The notes beneath the pieces are model-generated. The model was not told the DNA's origin, searched no databases, and saw nothing but the letters and a program-made list of their open reading frames with translations. Shown here in pieces: positions 8,589 to 18,473 of a stretch of DNA of 46,692 bases. Position 1 is the stretch's first letter. Each line of letters begins with the position of its first letter. Both the position numbers and the translations under genes were made by a program. The stretch lies in sequence record DRR378314_695; one strand, given 5' to 3'.

Positions 8589-10112
8589 CTAGGGCACTGC
8601 CGGTTGTAGTTCCTTGTGCGCGTGTTGTTCGCGCAGCACGTTCTTTTGAATCTTTCCCATTGTGTTACGCGGCAGTTCCGGGACGAGTTCATAGCGGCGC
8701 GGATGTTTGAAGCGGGACAGCTTGTCTCTGATGATCCCAGCAATCTGTTCTATGTCAAGTTGTGCGCCGGGTTCGGCAACCAGAGTGGCAATGATCGCTT
8801 CGCCGAAATCGGTGTCCGGAATTCCGAATACAGCCGATTCCAGAACACCATCAATGTCGTTCAGGACGTCTTCAATTTCTTTGGGGTAGACGTTATAGCC
8901 ACCGGTGATGATCAGGTCTTTTGACCGGCCTACGATCGACAGGTAGCCATCCTCGCTGTATTGGCCCAGATCTCCGGTGATGAAAAACCCATTCTCTCGG
9001 AGCTCTTCGGCGGTTTTCTCCGGCATCTGCCAATAGCCTTTGAAAACATTGGGCCCACGCACCTCGATCATTCCAACTTCGCCCTGCGGCAGCGGTTCTC
9101 CAGTTTCGGGGTTTGCCACGATTACCTCGGTGTCGGGTAACGCCATGCCGACAGTTCCCGCGCGACGTTCACCATCATAGGGGTTCGAGGTGTTCATGTT
9201 CGTCTCAGTCATGCCATAGCGTTCAAGAATGCGGTGGCCTGCACGAGCTTCGAACGCCAGGTGCGTCTCGGCCAGCAATGGGGCTGAACCGGAAATGAAC
9301 AGACGCATGCTCCCTGTGACCTCTTTGGTGAAACCTTCATCCGCCAGCAATCTGGTGTAGAAAGTGGGAACCCCCATCAAAAGGGTCGAATGAGGCAGCT
9401 CTTCCAAGATCATCCTCAAGTCGAATTTTTCCATCAAACGAACTTTGGCACCTGCGAGCAATGACGTATTCATCGCCACGAAAAGCCCATGTGTGTGAAA
9501 GACCGGCAGCGCATGAAGCAGTCGATCGGCGTTTGTGATGCCCCACAATTTTACGAGAGTTTGTGCATTGGATAGAAGGTTTTGATGGCTCAGCATCGCG
9601 CCTTTCGAGCGGCCAGTGGTGCCTGATGTATATAGCAAGGCCGCAAGGTCGTCTGGTGCGCGATCCACGGTTTCGAATACGCAAGGTTGTGTGTCTGCCT
9701 CGTGGCTCAGGCTTGGAGTGTCGCCACCAAGAGTCAGCAGCTTTGCGCCGGACCGGGTCGCTAGTTTTTCGATTTCCGCTTCGTCGTTGCTGTCGCAGAC
9801 GATCATCGCTGGCTGGGCGTCAGAGATAAAATAGTCCAGCTCTGCCAACGTATAGGCGGTATTCAGTGGTACGTAGACAGCGCCTACCTGAACCGAAGCA
9901 GCGTAGAGTGCAATCGTATCTGCCAGCTTTGGGGCCTGCACGACAATGCGATCACCTGGGGCAACTCCGCTGTCTTGCAAAAAATGCGCGATCTGCGCGG
10001 CGCGCTTCAGAAACGCGTCATAGGAAACCACTTGGCCATCATCGAGTTGCAGGAATGGTGCTTTGTTACCTTGGTGGCAGGCAAACAGGCTGTCGTAGAG
10101 AAAGTTGGTCAC
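8589..10112 (-). CDS. matB: Malonyl-CoA synthetase (malonate-CoA ligase)
   Basis: YTSGTTGRSKGAMLS, HALPVFHTHGLFVA, ERYGMTET, NPYDGERRAGTVG, PRNTMGKIQKN; overlaps matA. Confidence 0.93.
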   Translation of the reverse strand: MTNFLYDSLFACHQGNKAPFLQLDDGQVVSYDAFLKRAAQIAHFLQDSGVAPGDRIVVQAPKLADTIALYAASVQVGAVYVPLNTAYTLAELDYFISDAQPAMIVCDSNDEAEIEKLATRSGAKLLTLGGDTPSLSHEADTQPCVFETVDRAPDDLAALLYTSGTTGRSKGAMLSHQNLLSNAQTLVKLWGITNADRLLHALPVFHTHGLFVAMNTSLLAGAKVRLMEKFDLRMILEELPHSTLLMGVPTFYTRLLADEGFTKEVTGSMRLFISGSAPLLAETHLAFEARAGHRILERYGMTETNMNTSNPYDGERRAGTVGMALPDTEVIVANPETGEPLPQGEVGMIEVRGPNVFKGYWQMPEKTAEELRENGFFITGDLGQYSEDGYLSIVGRSKDLIITGGYNVYPKEIEDVLNDIDGVLESAVFGIPDTDFGEAIIATLVAEPGAQLDIEQIAGIIRDKLSRFKHPRRYELVPELPRNTMGKIQKNVLREQHAHKELQPAVP

Positions 10113-11407
10113 GATGTATTTTCCCTTGAATTGACCGCAAGCGCTGTGGTCGAAGCTGCGCGAACAGAACGCGAGGCTTCGATCGTGGCATGTGTTGCAA
10201 ATTCTTCGTGATGACGTTCTGTCTTGTTTAAATCGTAAAGGTAGTTGGCCATCGCGCCGCCGGATTGGGACTGTCCATTCGGCGACAGATCAGCTTCAGC
10301 ATGAAGTTCGTGAAGCTCTGCGCCATTCCCAAGGTGAAACCGTGCCACCGGATCCAGAGGCATCCCATCTTCGCGCTTGGCAAACATTAGGTACCGGGCG
10401 GCCATCGCACGCAAGTCCTGCGGCGTGGCTGTTCCCGCAAGCACGGCCTCGGCGGCATGGCCGTGCTCAGAATGTTCTGTTTCGCCAGCCAACCAACGGG
10501 TCAGCCCCGGTATCGGTGACAATGTCACAAATGTATCAAGCCCCAGAAGCTCTCGCGAAAGCTCGGTGACTACCTGTTTGATTAGAAGATTGCCAAAGCT
10601 GATACCCGTTAAACCCCTCTGGCAGTTTGAAATGGAATAGAACGCTGCGACTTTTGCCTGCTCGGCTTCGATCGGTTCTCGACCTTCGGACAAAAGCGTA
10701 TCAATCGCGTCCGGAATATCAGCTGTCAGAGCAACTTCGACGAAAATCAAAGGCTCATCTGGCATCGAAGGATGAAAAAAGGCAAAGCAACGACGATCTG
10801 GCGGGTAGAGCCTACGCCGTAGATCGTCCAGATCGTTGATCTGGTGGACCGCCTCATAAGCAACGACCTTGTCCAGAATGCGGGCAGGAGTATCCCAGCT
10901 GATCTGTTTGAGGACAAGAAAACCTCGATTGAACCAGCTTCGCAGCAAATGGACGAAATCAATGTCGGTCCGTTTGAGTTCGGGATTGGATTCGAGAAAG
11001 CGCAGCAGGTCAACGCGCATAGCCACAAGTTCTTGTGTCGCACCAGACGGCTGATTCAACCGGCGCAACAATTCTTGCCGCCTTGGTTCCGCGACTTCAC
11101 TAAGCTTTTGATATAGTTCGATGCTTCGAGCATCAGCGTAGAGGCGTGCCGTTTCAGCAAGCTGATCTGCGTCTAACTCAAGCTGGTTGTTCAAATAGAT
11201 GAAAAAGTCGATTTTTGCCGGATCGTCCAAGGTCTGGTAGCGATCAAGAATCGTTGAGGCGAGCATGAAGCCCGATACTTCACCTTCAGCGGACAAAAGC
11301 GCCTCACAAAGTTCTGCGATGGATCGTTTGTCATCTTTGCCCCGCCTTTTGCCAGGGCGGTCCAACAATTGGTTTAATAAATCACCCAGAAACCAATTCC
11401 GCTGCAT
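10109..11407 (-). CDS. matA: Malonyl-CoA decarboxylase
   Basis: SWFNRGFL, YEAVH, DRRCFAFFHP, FYSISNCQRGLTGISFGNLLIKQV, TLSPIPG, DPVARFHLGNGA. Confidence 0.94.
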   Translation of the reverse strand: MQRNWFLGDLLNQLLDRPGKRRGKDDKRSIAELCEALLSAEGEVSGFMLASTILDRYQTLDDPAKIDFFIYLNNQLELDADQLAETARLYADARSIELYQKLSEVAEPRRQELLRRLNQPSGATQELVAMRVDLLRFLESNPELKRTDIDFVHLLRSWFNRGFLVLKQISWDTPARILDKVVAYEAVHQINDLDDLRRRLYPPDRRCFAFFHPSMPDEPLIFVEVALTADIPDAIDTLLSEGREPIEAEQAKVAAFYSISNCQRGLTGISFGNLLIKQVVTELSRELLGLDTFVTLSPIPGLTRWLAGETEHSEHGHAAEAVLAGTATPQDLRAMAARYLMFAKREDGMPLDPVARFHLGNGAELHELHAEADLSPNGQSQSGGAMANYLYDLNKTERHHEEFATHATIEASRSVRAASTTALAVNSRENTS

Positions 11408-11408
11408 T

Positions 11409-12074
11409 TCAGGAACCCATCTGACTGCTCAGGTACTCACCCGTTCGACGGTAGTGATCGATCAAATGACCAGTTGCACTATCCGCGTCGCGATCAAGTG
11501 CCGCGTCCAGTATCTGCTGATGCTCTGCGGAGATATCGCGTTTCTTGTAACTCGACCCACCCGCCGCCAAATAGCGGTAGCGAATGTTCAGGTCGTAGAG
11601 CTGCGAACAATATCGCAGCAGCAATGGCAATTTCGCATTGTCCAACAATGCCATATGAAACGCTTTATGCGCGTCTTCAAAGTCGTGTGCCTCATTTTGA
11701 CTGGCTTTTTTCATATGGTGGTGACGCAAAACAAGCCTGTCCTCCCAAGCCGCATCCGCGTTTGCGATGGAGGCGCGCAACGCCGTTTCTTCGAGGTTGC
11801 ACCGCAGCAGAAGGATTTCCTCGAAGTTACTCTTGCTCACTGGCGCAGCCCTGAACCCGCGTTGGTCAATCCGCTCGACCAGCATGTCTGAGGTCAAAAG
11901 GCTAAGCGCCTCGCGAACCGGGCTTGCGCCGGTGTCCAGTAGCCCACGAAGCTGCTCGATCTTTAGCTTTTGTCCGGGCGGCAATTCGCCGGTCAGGATC
12001 ATTTCGCGCAGCCTTCGATACGCACCATGAGTGGCTGATGATTCTTTGCCCTCGGTATCAAGCATGGCGTCCAT
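11409..12074 (-). CDS. GntR/FCD family regulator
   Basis: GELPPGQKLKI, GASPVREAL, QRGFRAAP, HKAFH, EHQQI. Confidence 0.9.
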   Translation of the reverse strand: MDAMLDTEGKESSATHGAYRRLREMILTGELPPGQKLKIEQLRGLLDTGASPVREALSLLTSDMLVERIDQRGFRAAPVSKSNFEEILLLRCNLEETALRASIANADAAWEDRLVLRHHHMKKASQNEAHDFEDAHKAFHMALLDNAKLPLLLRYCSQLYDLNIRYRYLAAGGSSYKKRDISAEHQQILDAALDRDADSATGHLIDHYRRTGEYLSSQMGS

Positions 12075-12115
12075 ATCCGACTGTTCCTTTTTGGCGGCGC
12101 ATATCTTGGGTGCTT

Positions 12116-12502
12116 TTAACTGAGGGCACTCGTTCCAGTCGATAGACCAACTGAAAGGTTCAGCGAGCCCTCGTTTATCATCCAGCGTCGAAGTACAAAA
12201 CTGCGCGCCCCACTTTTATGCATGGGATCGTCCTCGGCCTGCTTTCGGGCGGCTTCGAGACTGTCAGCGCGATAGATGATCAGGCCAACCCCTTGCATAT
12301 GCTCTCCAGTTTCATCCGACATCGGTCCGGCAAAAGCCAACAGCCCAGCACGTTCAAGATCCGCCTGATACGCCAAGTGATCTGGAAGTGATGCCTTTAC
12401 ATCTTCGGGCGCTTTGGCCGGTGTGCTGAGTGCAACATAAAGCTCCAAAGCAAGTGCTCCACGGCTCTTTGCTTCTGATTTGTAGTCTGCCCAAGCAACC
12501 AT
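12116..12502 (-). CDS. YciI family protein
   Basis: LPDHLAYQ, FAGPM, GLIIYRADS, EDDPMH motifs; GGAG RBS before ATG 12502. Confidence 0.85.
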   Translation of the reverse strand: MVAWADYKSEAKSRGALALELYVALSTPAKAPEDVKASLPDHLAYQADLERAGLLAFAGPMSDETGEHMQGVGLIIYRADSLEAARKQAEDDPMHKSGARSFVLRRWMINEGSLNLSVGLSTGTSALS

Positions 12503-12512
12503 CAGTGTCTCC

Positions 12513-12531
12513 AAAAATATCGATATTATTT
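12513..12531. promoter_or_regulatory. Candidate GntR operator in the YciI/FAH divergent promoter
   Basis: Perfect palindrome AATATCGATATT (12516-12527) in the short AT-rich divergent gap. Confidence 0.6.
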
Positions 12532-12585
12532 GACATATGCCAAAATAGTCGGCAAAAATCAAGCGAACTGACATGGATGGTGAAA

Positions 12586-13470
12586 ATGAAATACCTGGTG
12601 GGAGAAACCTCAGAAGGAACTGCGGTATTTGCCGTAAACGGCGAAAACGCAGTGAATTTAACGGCTTTAGACCCTGCCGTCGGTTCCGATCTGATGGGTT
12701 TGATAGCCAAGCCAGAACTGGCCGACTCACTCACTGACAAAATCGCAACTGCAGGCAGTGTACCTGTGTCCTCGGTCACGCCAGCGTTGCCCGTCGCAGC
12801 GCCCGGCACGATCATTTGCATGGGGTTGAACTATACGGACCACATCAAAGAAGGCGGCTACGACATCCCCGAATATCCGACGCTGTTCATGCGCGGGAAG
12901 AACTCGATCATGGCGGCGGGGCAGCCCATGGTGCGGCCAGCATGTTCTGAGAAACTGGACTACGAAGCCGAACTTATGCTGATTGTCGGAAAACGTGGCC
13001 GCCATATCTCGGAAGAGGACGCGCTGGATTATGTCTTTGGCTATACCGTGTTCAATGACGGGTCTCTGCGGGACTATCAGCGCAAGACGGTCCAGTGGAC
13101 GCCCGGTAAAAACTTCGATGATACGGGCGCGATCGGTCCTTTCACCGTAACGCCGGACGAACTGCCCGAAGGGGCGTCCGGTCTGAAGATCGAAAGCCGT
13201 GTGGGCGATGAAATCCTACAAAGCTCGAACACGGCCAACATGATTTGGGGCGTTCGTCAGGTCATTGCGACGATTTCGGAATATACCACTCTAGAGCCCG
13301 GAGATCTGATTGCGTTGGGCACGCCGCCGGGTGTCGGCCACGCCAAAAAGCCTAATCCGCGTTGGTTGAAGCCGGGCGAAACCGTCGAGATCGAGATTGA
13401 AGGCATCGGCATTTGCGCTAGCCCGATCATCGACGAAAAGGACGCCAAATCAAGGGTGGCTGTGGCATGA
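12586..13470 (+). CDS. Fumarylacetoacetate hydrolase family protein
   Basis: ICMGLNYTDH, LDYEAEL, FNDGSLRDYQ, GKNFD, LEPGDLIALGTPPGVG. Confidence 0.92.
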   Translation: MKYLVGETSEGTAVFAVNGENAVNLTALDPAVGSDLMGLIAKPELADSLTDKIATAGSVPVSSVTPALPVAAPGTIICMGLNYTDHIKEGGYDIPEYPTLFMRGKNSIMAAGQPMVRPACSEKLDYEAELMLIVGKRGRHISEEDALDYVFGYTVFNDGSLRDYQRKTVQWTPGKNFDDTGAIGPFTVTPDELPEGASGLKIESRVGDEILQSSNTANMIWGVRQVIATISEYTTLEPGDLIALGTPPGVGHAKKPNPRWLKPGETVEIEIEGIGICASPIIDEKDAKSRVAVA

Positions 13471-14132
13471 GCGCACCGACCGGGGCAGAGCTGGAGGCAC
13501 TTCGCGCCAAGGCGCAGCAAGATCATCGCGATCTGCGCGAACGCATTCCGCGTTTGTCGGATGACGCGATTGCCTTGATCCTGCGCGAATCCAGATCGCA
13601 CTACGCGTGGACCGACAAGCCAGTTTCTGACGATTTACTTGAAGAAATCTACGACATTACGATCAACGGCGCGACGAGTATGAACACACTTCCCGCGCGC
13701 TTTATCTTCGTGAAAAGCGCCGAGGGAAAAGAGCGGCTTGCCAAGTCGTTAAAGCCGAAGAACGTACCGAAGATGATGGATGCGCCCGTCACGGCGATCA
13801 TTGCATATGACATGGATTTCTGGAAGGAGCTGCCCTTTCTTTTTCCGCACGAAGACCGTCGGCCATTGTTCGAAAACAAACCCGACTACGTGGCGGACAC
13901 TGCGTTTCGCAATGGAACGCTTCAGGGCGCTTACTTCATGATAGCCGCCCGCGCCGTCGGGTTGGACGTTGGCGCGATGTCAGGTTTTTCGAACAAGATC
14001 GTCGATGAAGAATTCTTTGAGGGAACAACGCTCAAGTCGAACTTTCTGTGCAATCTGGGCTACGCCGATGAAACAGGTTTGTTCCAAAAGCTTCCGCGTT
14101 TTCCATTCGAAAAGGTTTGCTCTTATGCATGA
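13467..14132 (+). CDS. rutE: RutE-like nitroreductase (malonic semialdehyde reductase family)
   Basis: RSHYAW, GATSMNTLPARF, AFRNGTLQGAY, GLDVGAMSGF, SNFLCNLGY, LPRF; actual substrate not established. Confidence 0.8.
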   Translation: MSAPTGAELEALRAKAQQDHRDLRERIPRLSDDAIALILRESRSHYAWTDKPVSDDLLEEIYDITINGATSMNTLPARFIFVKSAEGKERLAKSLKPKNVPKMMDAPVTAIIAYDMDFWKELPFLFPHEDRRPLFENKPDYVADTAFRNGTLQGAYFMIAARAVGLDVGAMSGFSNKIVDEEFFEGTTLKSNFLCNLGYADETGLFQKLPRFPFEKVCSYA

Positions 14133-14144
14133 GGAGGTGACGCT

Positions 14145-14606
14145 GTGGCTATGAAAGTGAAACCTGTTGTGACTTATCGCACGACAGCTCAGTGCCCGAC
14201 ACATGCGCGTACCGAGATCCCAATTCGCGATCTTAATGTGGTTGTCGACGAACCGATCGAACGCGGCGGAACAAACCTTGGCCCGTCCCCGACCGAGACC
14301 GCAATGGCTGCCCTGATCGCCTGTACCAATGTCATCGGGCATAAGAACGCGCACCGGTTAGGAATTGATCTTGGCACTGTGACAATCGACGCGAAATGCA
14401 GGTTGGATCGGCGCGGCGTTCTGATGGAGGAGGAGATCGATGTTCCATTTCCTGAAATCGAACTCACCGTGAAATGTCACACACCCGCCAGTCAGGAGGA
14501 GCTGACACGGGTGGGCGAAGAAACAGCCAAGTATTGCGCCATCGCGAAACTATTTGAAGCGGCAGGCACGGACCTGACCGTCAACTGGGTCAAAACAAAC
14601 CAATAA
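14145..14606 (+). CDS. OsmC family protein
   Basis: DEPIERGGTNLGPSPTE, ALIAC and YCAI (two Cys); GAGGAGG RBS. Confidence 0.85.
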   Translation: MAMKVKPVVTYRTTAQCPTHARTEIPIRDLNVVVDEPIERGGTNLGPSPTETAMAALIACTNVIGHKNAHRLGIDLGTVTIDAKCRLDRRGVLMEEEIDVPFPEIELTVKCHTPASQEELTRVGEETAKYCAIAKLFEAAGTDLTVNWVKTNQ

Positions 14607-14639
14607 AAATAAAAGACCCGACTTTCTGGGAGGAGAGAA

Positions 14640-15713
14640 ATGAAAATCTGGACCAAACGCAGCCTTATGGGTGCTGCTCTGGCAAGCGTCATGGCGCTGC
14701 CCGCCGCAGCAGAAGAAACTATTTCTGCCGTTGTCATCGATGGCTACCCGGACCGGGCATTGTGGGTGAAGGAGTTCACCAACTTCTTCATTCCGGAAGT
14801 GGACAAGCGACTTGCTGAATCCGGCGACTACAAGATGAACTGGCAAGAGAACTATGGCGGTTCAATCGTAAAGCCGAAAGGCGTTCTGGAAGGTATCCAG
14901 TTGGGCCTTGGTGACATAGGCATCGTCACAACCATCTTCCATTCCTCGAAACTGCCTAGCCAGGGTATTTCAGGATCGACACCCTTTGTGGCATCGGATT
15001 CCCGTGCCGTGGCCAAAGCCGTAGATGAAATCGCACGCGAATACCCGGCAATGCAGAACGAGTTTGCCGCACAGAACCAGGTGTATCTGGCCACGGGTGT
15101 TGTCCTCGACACATATCAGATTTTCTGCACGGAACCGGTTGCTTCCGTTTCGGACCTTGAGGGCCGCAAGATTGCTGGTGCAGGGCTTAACCTGCGGTAT
15201 CTCGAAGGCATCAAGGATGCGGCAGGTGTACGAGGTGGTCTGACCGATTTCTACAACATGCTTCAAACCGGGCTTGTGGATTGCGGAATGCTGTGGCCCG
15301 AAGCGGCGAAGACGTTCAAGATCGCTGAAGTTGCGCCCTATATGCTCAAGGCTGATCTGGGTGCTGTGAACTCAAAGACCATCACGGTCAACGCCGACTA
15401 TTGGGCAAATCTCCCGGACGAGGTCAAAGACGTGTTGACGGCGGTTGCCATCGACTACCGTGACCATGTCGCTGGTATTGCAATGGACAGGGCTGCTGCT
15501 TCGCGGGATGCTTATGTTGAAGCGGGCGGAACGATCGTTGAAGTTTCGGACGAAGACCGCGCTGCCTGGGCAAATGCCATGCCGAATGTCGCGCAGGAGT
15601 GGGCCGCGACGCTGAATGACAACGGCGAACAGGGCACAGAGATGCTGGCCGCCTATCTTGGCAAGCTTCAAGACGCTGGTTTTACCGGAGTGCGCGACTG
15701 GACGGCCGAATAA
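14640..15713 (+). CDS. dctP: TRAP transporter substrate-binding protein
   Basis: Signal peptide; DLEGRKI, FYNMLQTGLVD, KIAEVAPY, WANLPDEVK; first gene of a TRAP triad. Confidence 0.88.
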   Translation: MKIWTKRSLMGAALASVMALPAAAEETISAVVIDGYPDRALWVKEFTNFFIPEVDKRLAESGDYKMNWQENYGGSIVKPKGVLEGIQLGLGDIGIVTTIFHSSKLPSQGISGSTPFVASDSRAVAKAVDEIAREYPAMQNEFAAQNQVYLATGVVLDTYQIFCTEPVASVSDLEGRKIAGAGLNLRYLEGIKDAAGVRGGLTDFYNMLQTGLVDCGMLWPEAAKTFKIAEVAPYMLKADLGAVNSKTITVNADYWANLPDEVKDVLTAVAIDYRDHVAGIAMDRAAASRDAYVEAGGTIVEVSDEDRAAWANAMPNVAQEWAATLNDNGEQGTEMLAAYLGKLQDAGFTGVRDWTAE

Positions 15714-15743
15714 CCGTCTGGCGATCCACGAAAGGGGCCTTTC

Positions 15744-16295
15744 ATGCTGAAGACCGCAGTTTCTGGCCTGTCGCGGGTCGCCAATTCACTCGCAATCGCT
15801 GCCAACGCCTTGGGTACGCTTGTCGTCCTAGCGTTGGTGGTTGTGCTGAATGTCGACGTCATTGCACGTGGCCTGTTTTCAGCCCCGCTGCGTGGCACTT
15901 ATGAGATGGTGCAATTCTCGGTCGTGATGATCGTCTTTTTACAGCTGGCAGATGTGGTCAGAGTTGACAGGCTGACACGCTCGGACGGGTTCCTGAACCT
16001 GCTACACCATCGTCGCCCGGGCCTAACAGCCAACCTGAGGCGCATCATCAACGCCATCTCGGCGATCTTCATGGCATTGATCGCCTATGTGACATTCCCT
16101 GAATTCCTACACATGTGGCAGACGCAGGACTACTTCGGAGTTCCGGGTCTTTTTACATTGCCATGGTGGCCGGTAAAATTGGTCATCGCGTGCGGGACTG
16201 CGCTTGCCTGCGTGATCTTCCTGCTAAAGGTCGTCACGGCGCAGGACCGCCCGCAACTTGTCCGCACCCCAGAACATGACGAGGCCGCAGAATGA
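15744..16295 (+). CDS. dctQ: TRAP transporter small permease
   Basis: DVIARGLFSAPLRGTYEMV; 4 TM segments; position in the triad. Confidence 0.88.
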   Translation: MLKTAVSGLSRVANSLAIAANALGTLVVLALVVVLNVDVIARGLFSAPLRGTYEMVQFSVVMIVFLQLADVVRVDRLTRSDGFLNLLHHRRPGLTANLRRIINAISAIFMALIAYVTFPEFLHMWQTQDYFGVPGLFTLPWWPVKLVIACGTALACVIFLLKVVTAQDRPQLVRTPEHDEAAE

Positions 16296-17596
16296 CGCCG
16301 ATTGAGATTGGCCTGATCTCGGTCGTTGCCATTGTTTTCCTGATTTACGCGGGTGTCTACATTCCCATCGCGCTGGGCGTCGTCTCGTTCGTGTCGATCT
16401 GGTTGATGCGGGACAACTTCATGCTAGCGCTTAACCTGCTGAAAGTGGCGGTCGGCGACAGCGCGATGGAATATAGCTTCGCGACAATCCCACTGTTTAC
16501 CTTCATGGGGCTCATCGTTTCAAAGGCTGGGTTGGGCAGGGATATTTACGAAGTCATGACCATGCGGTTTCGTAAGGTCAAAGGCGGCATTGGGATGGCG
16601 ACAGTCGGGGCCAATGCCGTTTTTGCCGCGGTGACAGGGTCATCAATCGCGTCGGCATCCGTGTTCACCAAAGTCTCAGTGCCTCAGATGATGGCGCAGG
16701 AGTACAATCCACGTTTTGCTGTGGGCGTGGTGGCAGGATCCTCGGTTTTGGGGATGATCATCCCGCCATCGGCGATGCTGATCATCTACTCCTTTGTTGC
16801 TGAACAATCCGTAGGGGACATGTTCCTTGCCGGGGTCATTCCCGGGATCATGTTGGCGATCGCCTATGTTGGCGCGATCTGGGCCATGGGCCGATTCACA
16901 CCGGCGTTCGTCGGTGGCCGCATCGTGGCAGATACCGAATGGATGTCCGGGCGCGAGATTGCGTCCAAAACCCTGCCGACATTGTGCATCATCACTATCG
17001 TTCTTGGGGGGATCTACACTGGCTGGCTTACTGCGGTCGAGGCAGGAGCAGCCGGTGCCTTCGTGGCTTTGATCATCGCTGTCCTGCGCAGGTCTATGTC
17101 CCCAAAGGCGTTTTGGGACGCGTTGCTGGAAACCGGTCATATCACAGCGGCGATCCTGTTCCTAATCACAGCGGCATCGATCTACAGCCGCATGTTGGGA
17201 CTGGCCGGTCTGCCCAACCAATTGCAGGACTTACTTGCAGGGAATTCCGCGTCCTTCTGGTCGATCATGTTGCTCTACGTCCTGTTAATGTTGTTTCTGG
17301 GAACATTGCTGGATACGGCATCCATCATTCTGATCGTCGTCCCGTTGTTCCTGCCTATGGCCGAAGCGCTGGATATGTCACTGATCTGGTTTGGGATCAT
17401 CACTGTGGTTGGAGCTGAGATCGGGCTTTTAACCCCGCCGCTGGGCATATCCTGCTTTGTTATAAAATCCACGATCAACGATGATCGCATCTCGCTGAAG
17501 GACGTGTTTATGGGCGCGCTGCCTTTCGCCTTTGTAATGCTGATCGTTCTGTTCATTCTGATCGAGTTCCCGATCCTCAGCCTTGCCCTGATTTAA
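16292..17596 (+). CDS. dctM: TRAP transporter large permease
   Basis: IPLFTFMG, AVTGSSIAS, GMIIPPS, EIGLLTPPLG. Confidence 0.92.
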   Translation: MTPIEIGLISVVAIVFLIYAGVYIPIALGVVSFVSIWLMRDNFMLALNLLKVAVGDSAMEYSFATIPLFTFMGLIVSKAGLGRDIYEVMTMRFRKVKGGIGMATVGANAVFAAVTGSSIASASVFTKVSVPQMMAQEYNPRFAVGVVAGSSVLGMIIPPSAMLIIYSFVAEQSVGDMFLAGVIPGIMLAIAYVGAIWAMGRFTPAFVGGRIVADTEWMSGREIASKTLPTLCIITIVLGGIYTGWLTAVEAGAAGAFVALIIAVLRRSMSPKAFWDALLETGHITAAILFLITAASIYSRMLGLAGLPNQLQDLLAGNSASFWSIMLLYVLLMLFLGTLLDTASIILIVVPLFLPMAEALDMSLIWFGIITVVGAEIGLLTPPLGISCFVIKSTINDDRISLKDVFMGALPFAFVMLIVLFILIEFPILSLALI

Positions 17597-17606
17597 GGAG
17601 GCCAAG

Positions 17607-18473
17607 ATGCGCTCTGTCACCAAAGACAATATCACCGACGTGTTCATGGGATACCTGCCCAAAGACACCGATCCGAGGATGCGTGAAATCATGGGATCTC
17701 TGGTTAGGCATCTCCACGAATTCGCCCGTGAAACCAACCTGACGCATGACGAATGGCGCACGGGAATTGCATTCTTGGAAGGTTGTGCAGCTGTAGAAAC
17801 CGAAGACAGGCATGAGTTCGTCTTGGCCTCGGATGTATTGGGCCTGTCATCGCTGGTGGATATGCTCCATTCAACTCCAGACGCCACAAGCTCTTCTGTT
17901 CTTGGGCCTTTTCACGTCTCTGGCGCACCTGCTTTGGCATTCGGGGGTGATATGAAGCGTCACTACGGTGGGTCGGTTCTACTTGCCGAAGGCGTTATCC
18001 GGGATGTTGAGGGTAATCCGATTGCCGGGGCGGAACTCGACATCTGGCAAACGGCACCAAATGGAATGTATGCAAGCCAGGATGAAGAACAGGACACCTA
18101 TTCTTTTCACGGCCTGATGACTACCGGCGAAGACGGTAAGTATGCATTCACGACCGTCAAGCCGGTGGAATACACCGTACCGTCTGATGGGCCGGTCGGG
18201 GATATTCTACGCGCTTGCGGTCGCCACCCGTGGAGACCGTCGCACCTGCACTATATCGTTAAGGCACCCGGCCACCGATCTTTGGTTACCGAGATTTTTC
18301 CCGACGACGATCCTTACTTGGATCAGGACACAGTGTTTGGTGTTCGGGATGACCTGGTGATGACTTATGTTGAAAGGCCGGCTTCAGAATTTCCTGAAGG
18401 CATGGAGCTTTCTGGCAAGATCACTGAACCTTTCTTGCACGTAAAGTTCGATGTGAAGCTTGCCAGTGTCTGA
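17607..18473 (+). CDS. Intradiol ring-cleavage dioxygenase (hydroxyquinol/catechol 1,2-dioxygenase family)
   Basis: LASDVLGLS, LGPFH, DIWQ; Fe(III) ligands in NGMY, YTVP and WRPSHLH; DTVFGV. Confidence 0.92.
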   Translation: MRSVTKDNITDVFMGYLPKDTDPRMREIMGSLVRHLHEFARETNLTHDEWRTGIAFLEGCAAVETEDRHEFVLASDVLGLSSLVDMLHSTPDATSSSVLGPFHVSGAPALAFGGDMKRHYGGSVLLAEGVIRDVEGNPIAGAELDIWQTAPNGMYASQDEEQDTYSFHGLMTTGEDGKYAFTTVKPVEYTVPSDGPVGDILRACGRHPWRPSHLHYIVKAPGHRSLVTEIFPDDDPYLDQDTVFGVRDDLVMTYVERPASEFPEGMELSGKITEPFLHVKFDVKLASV

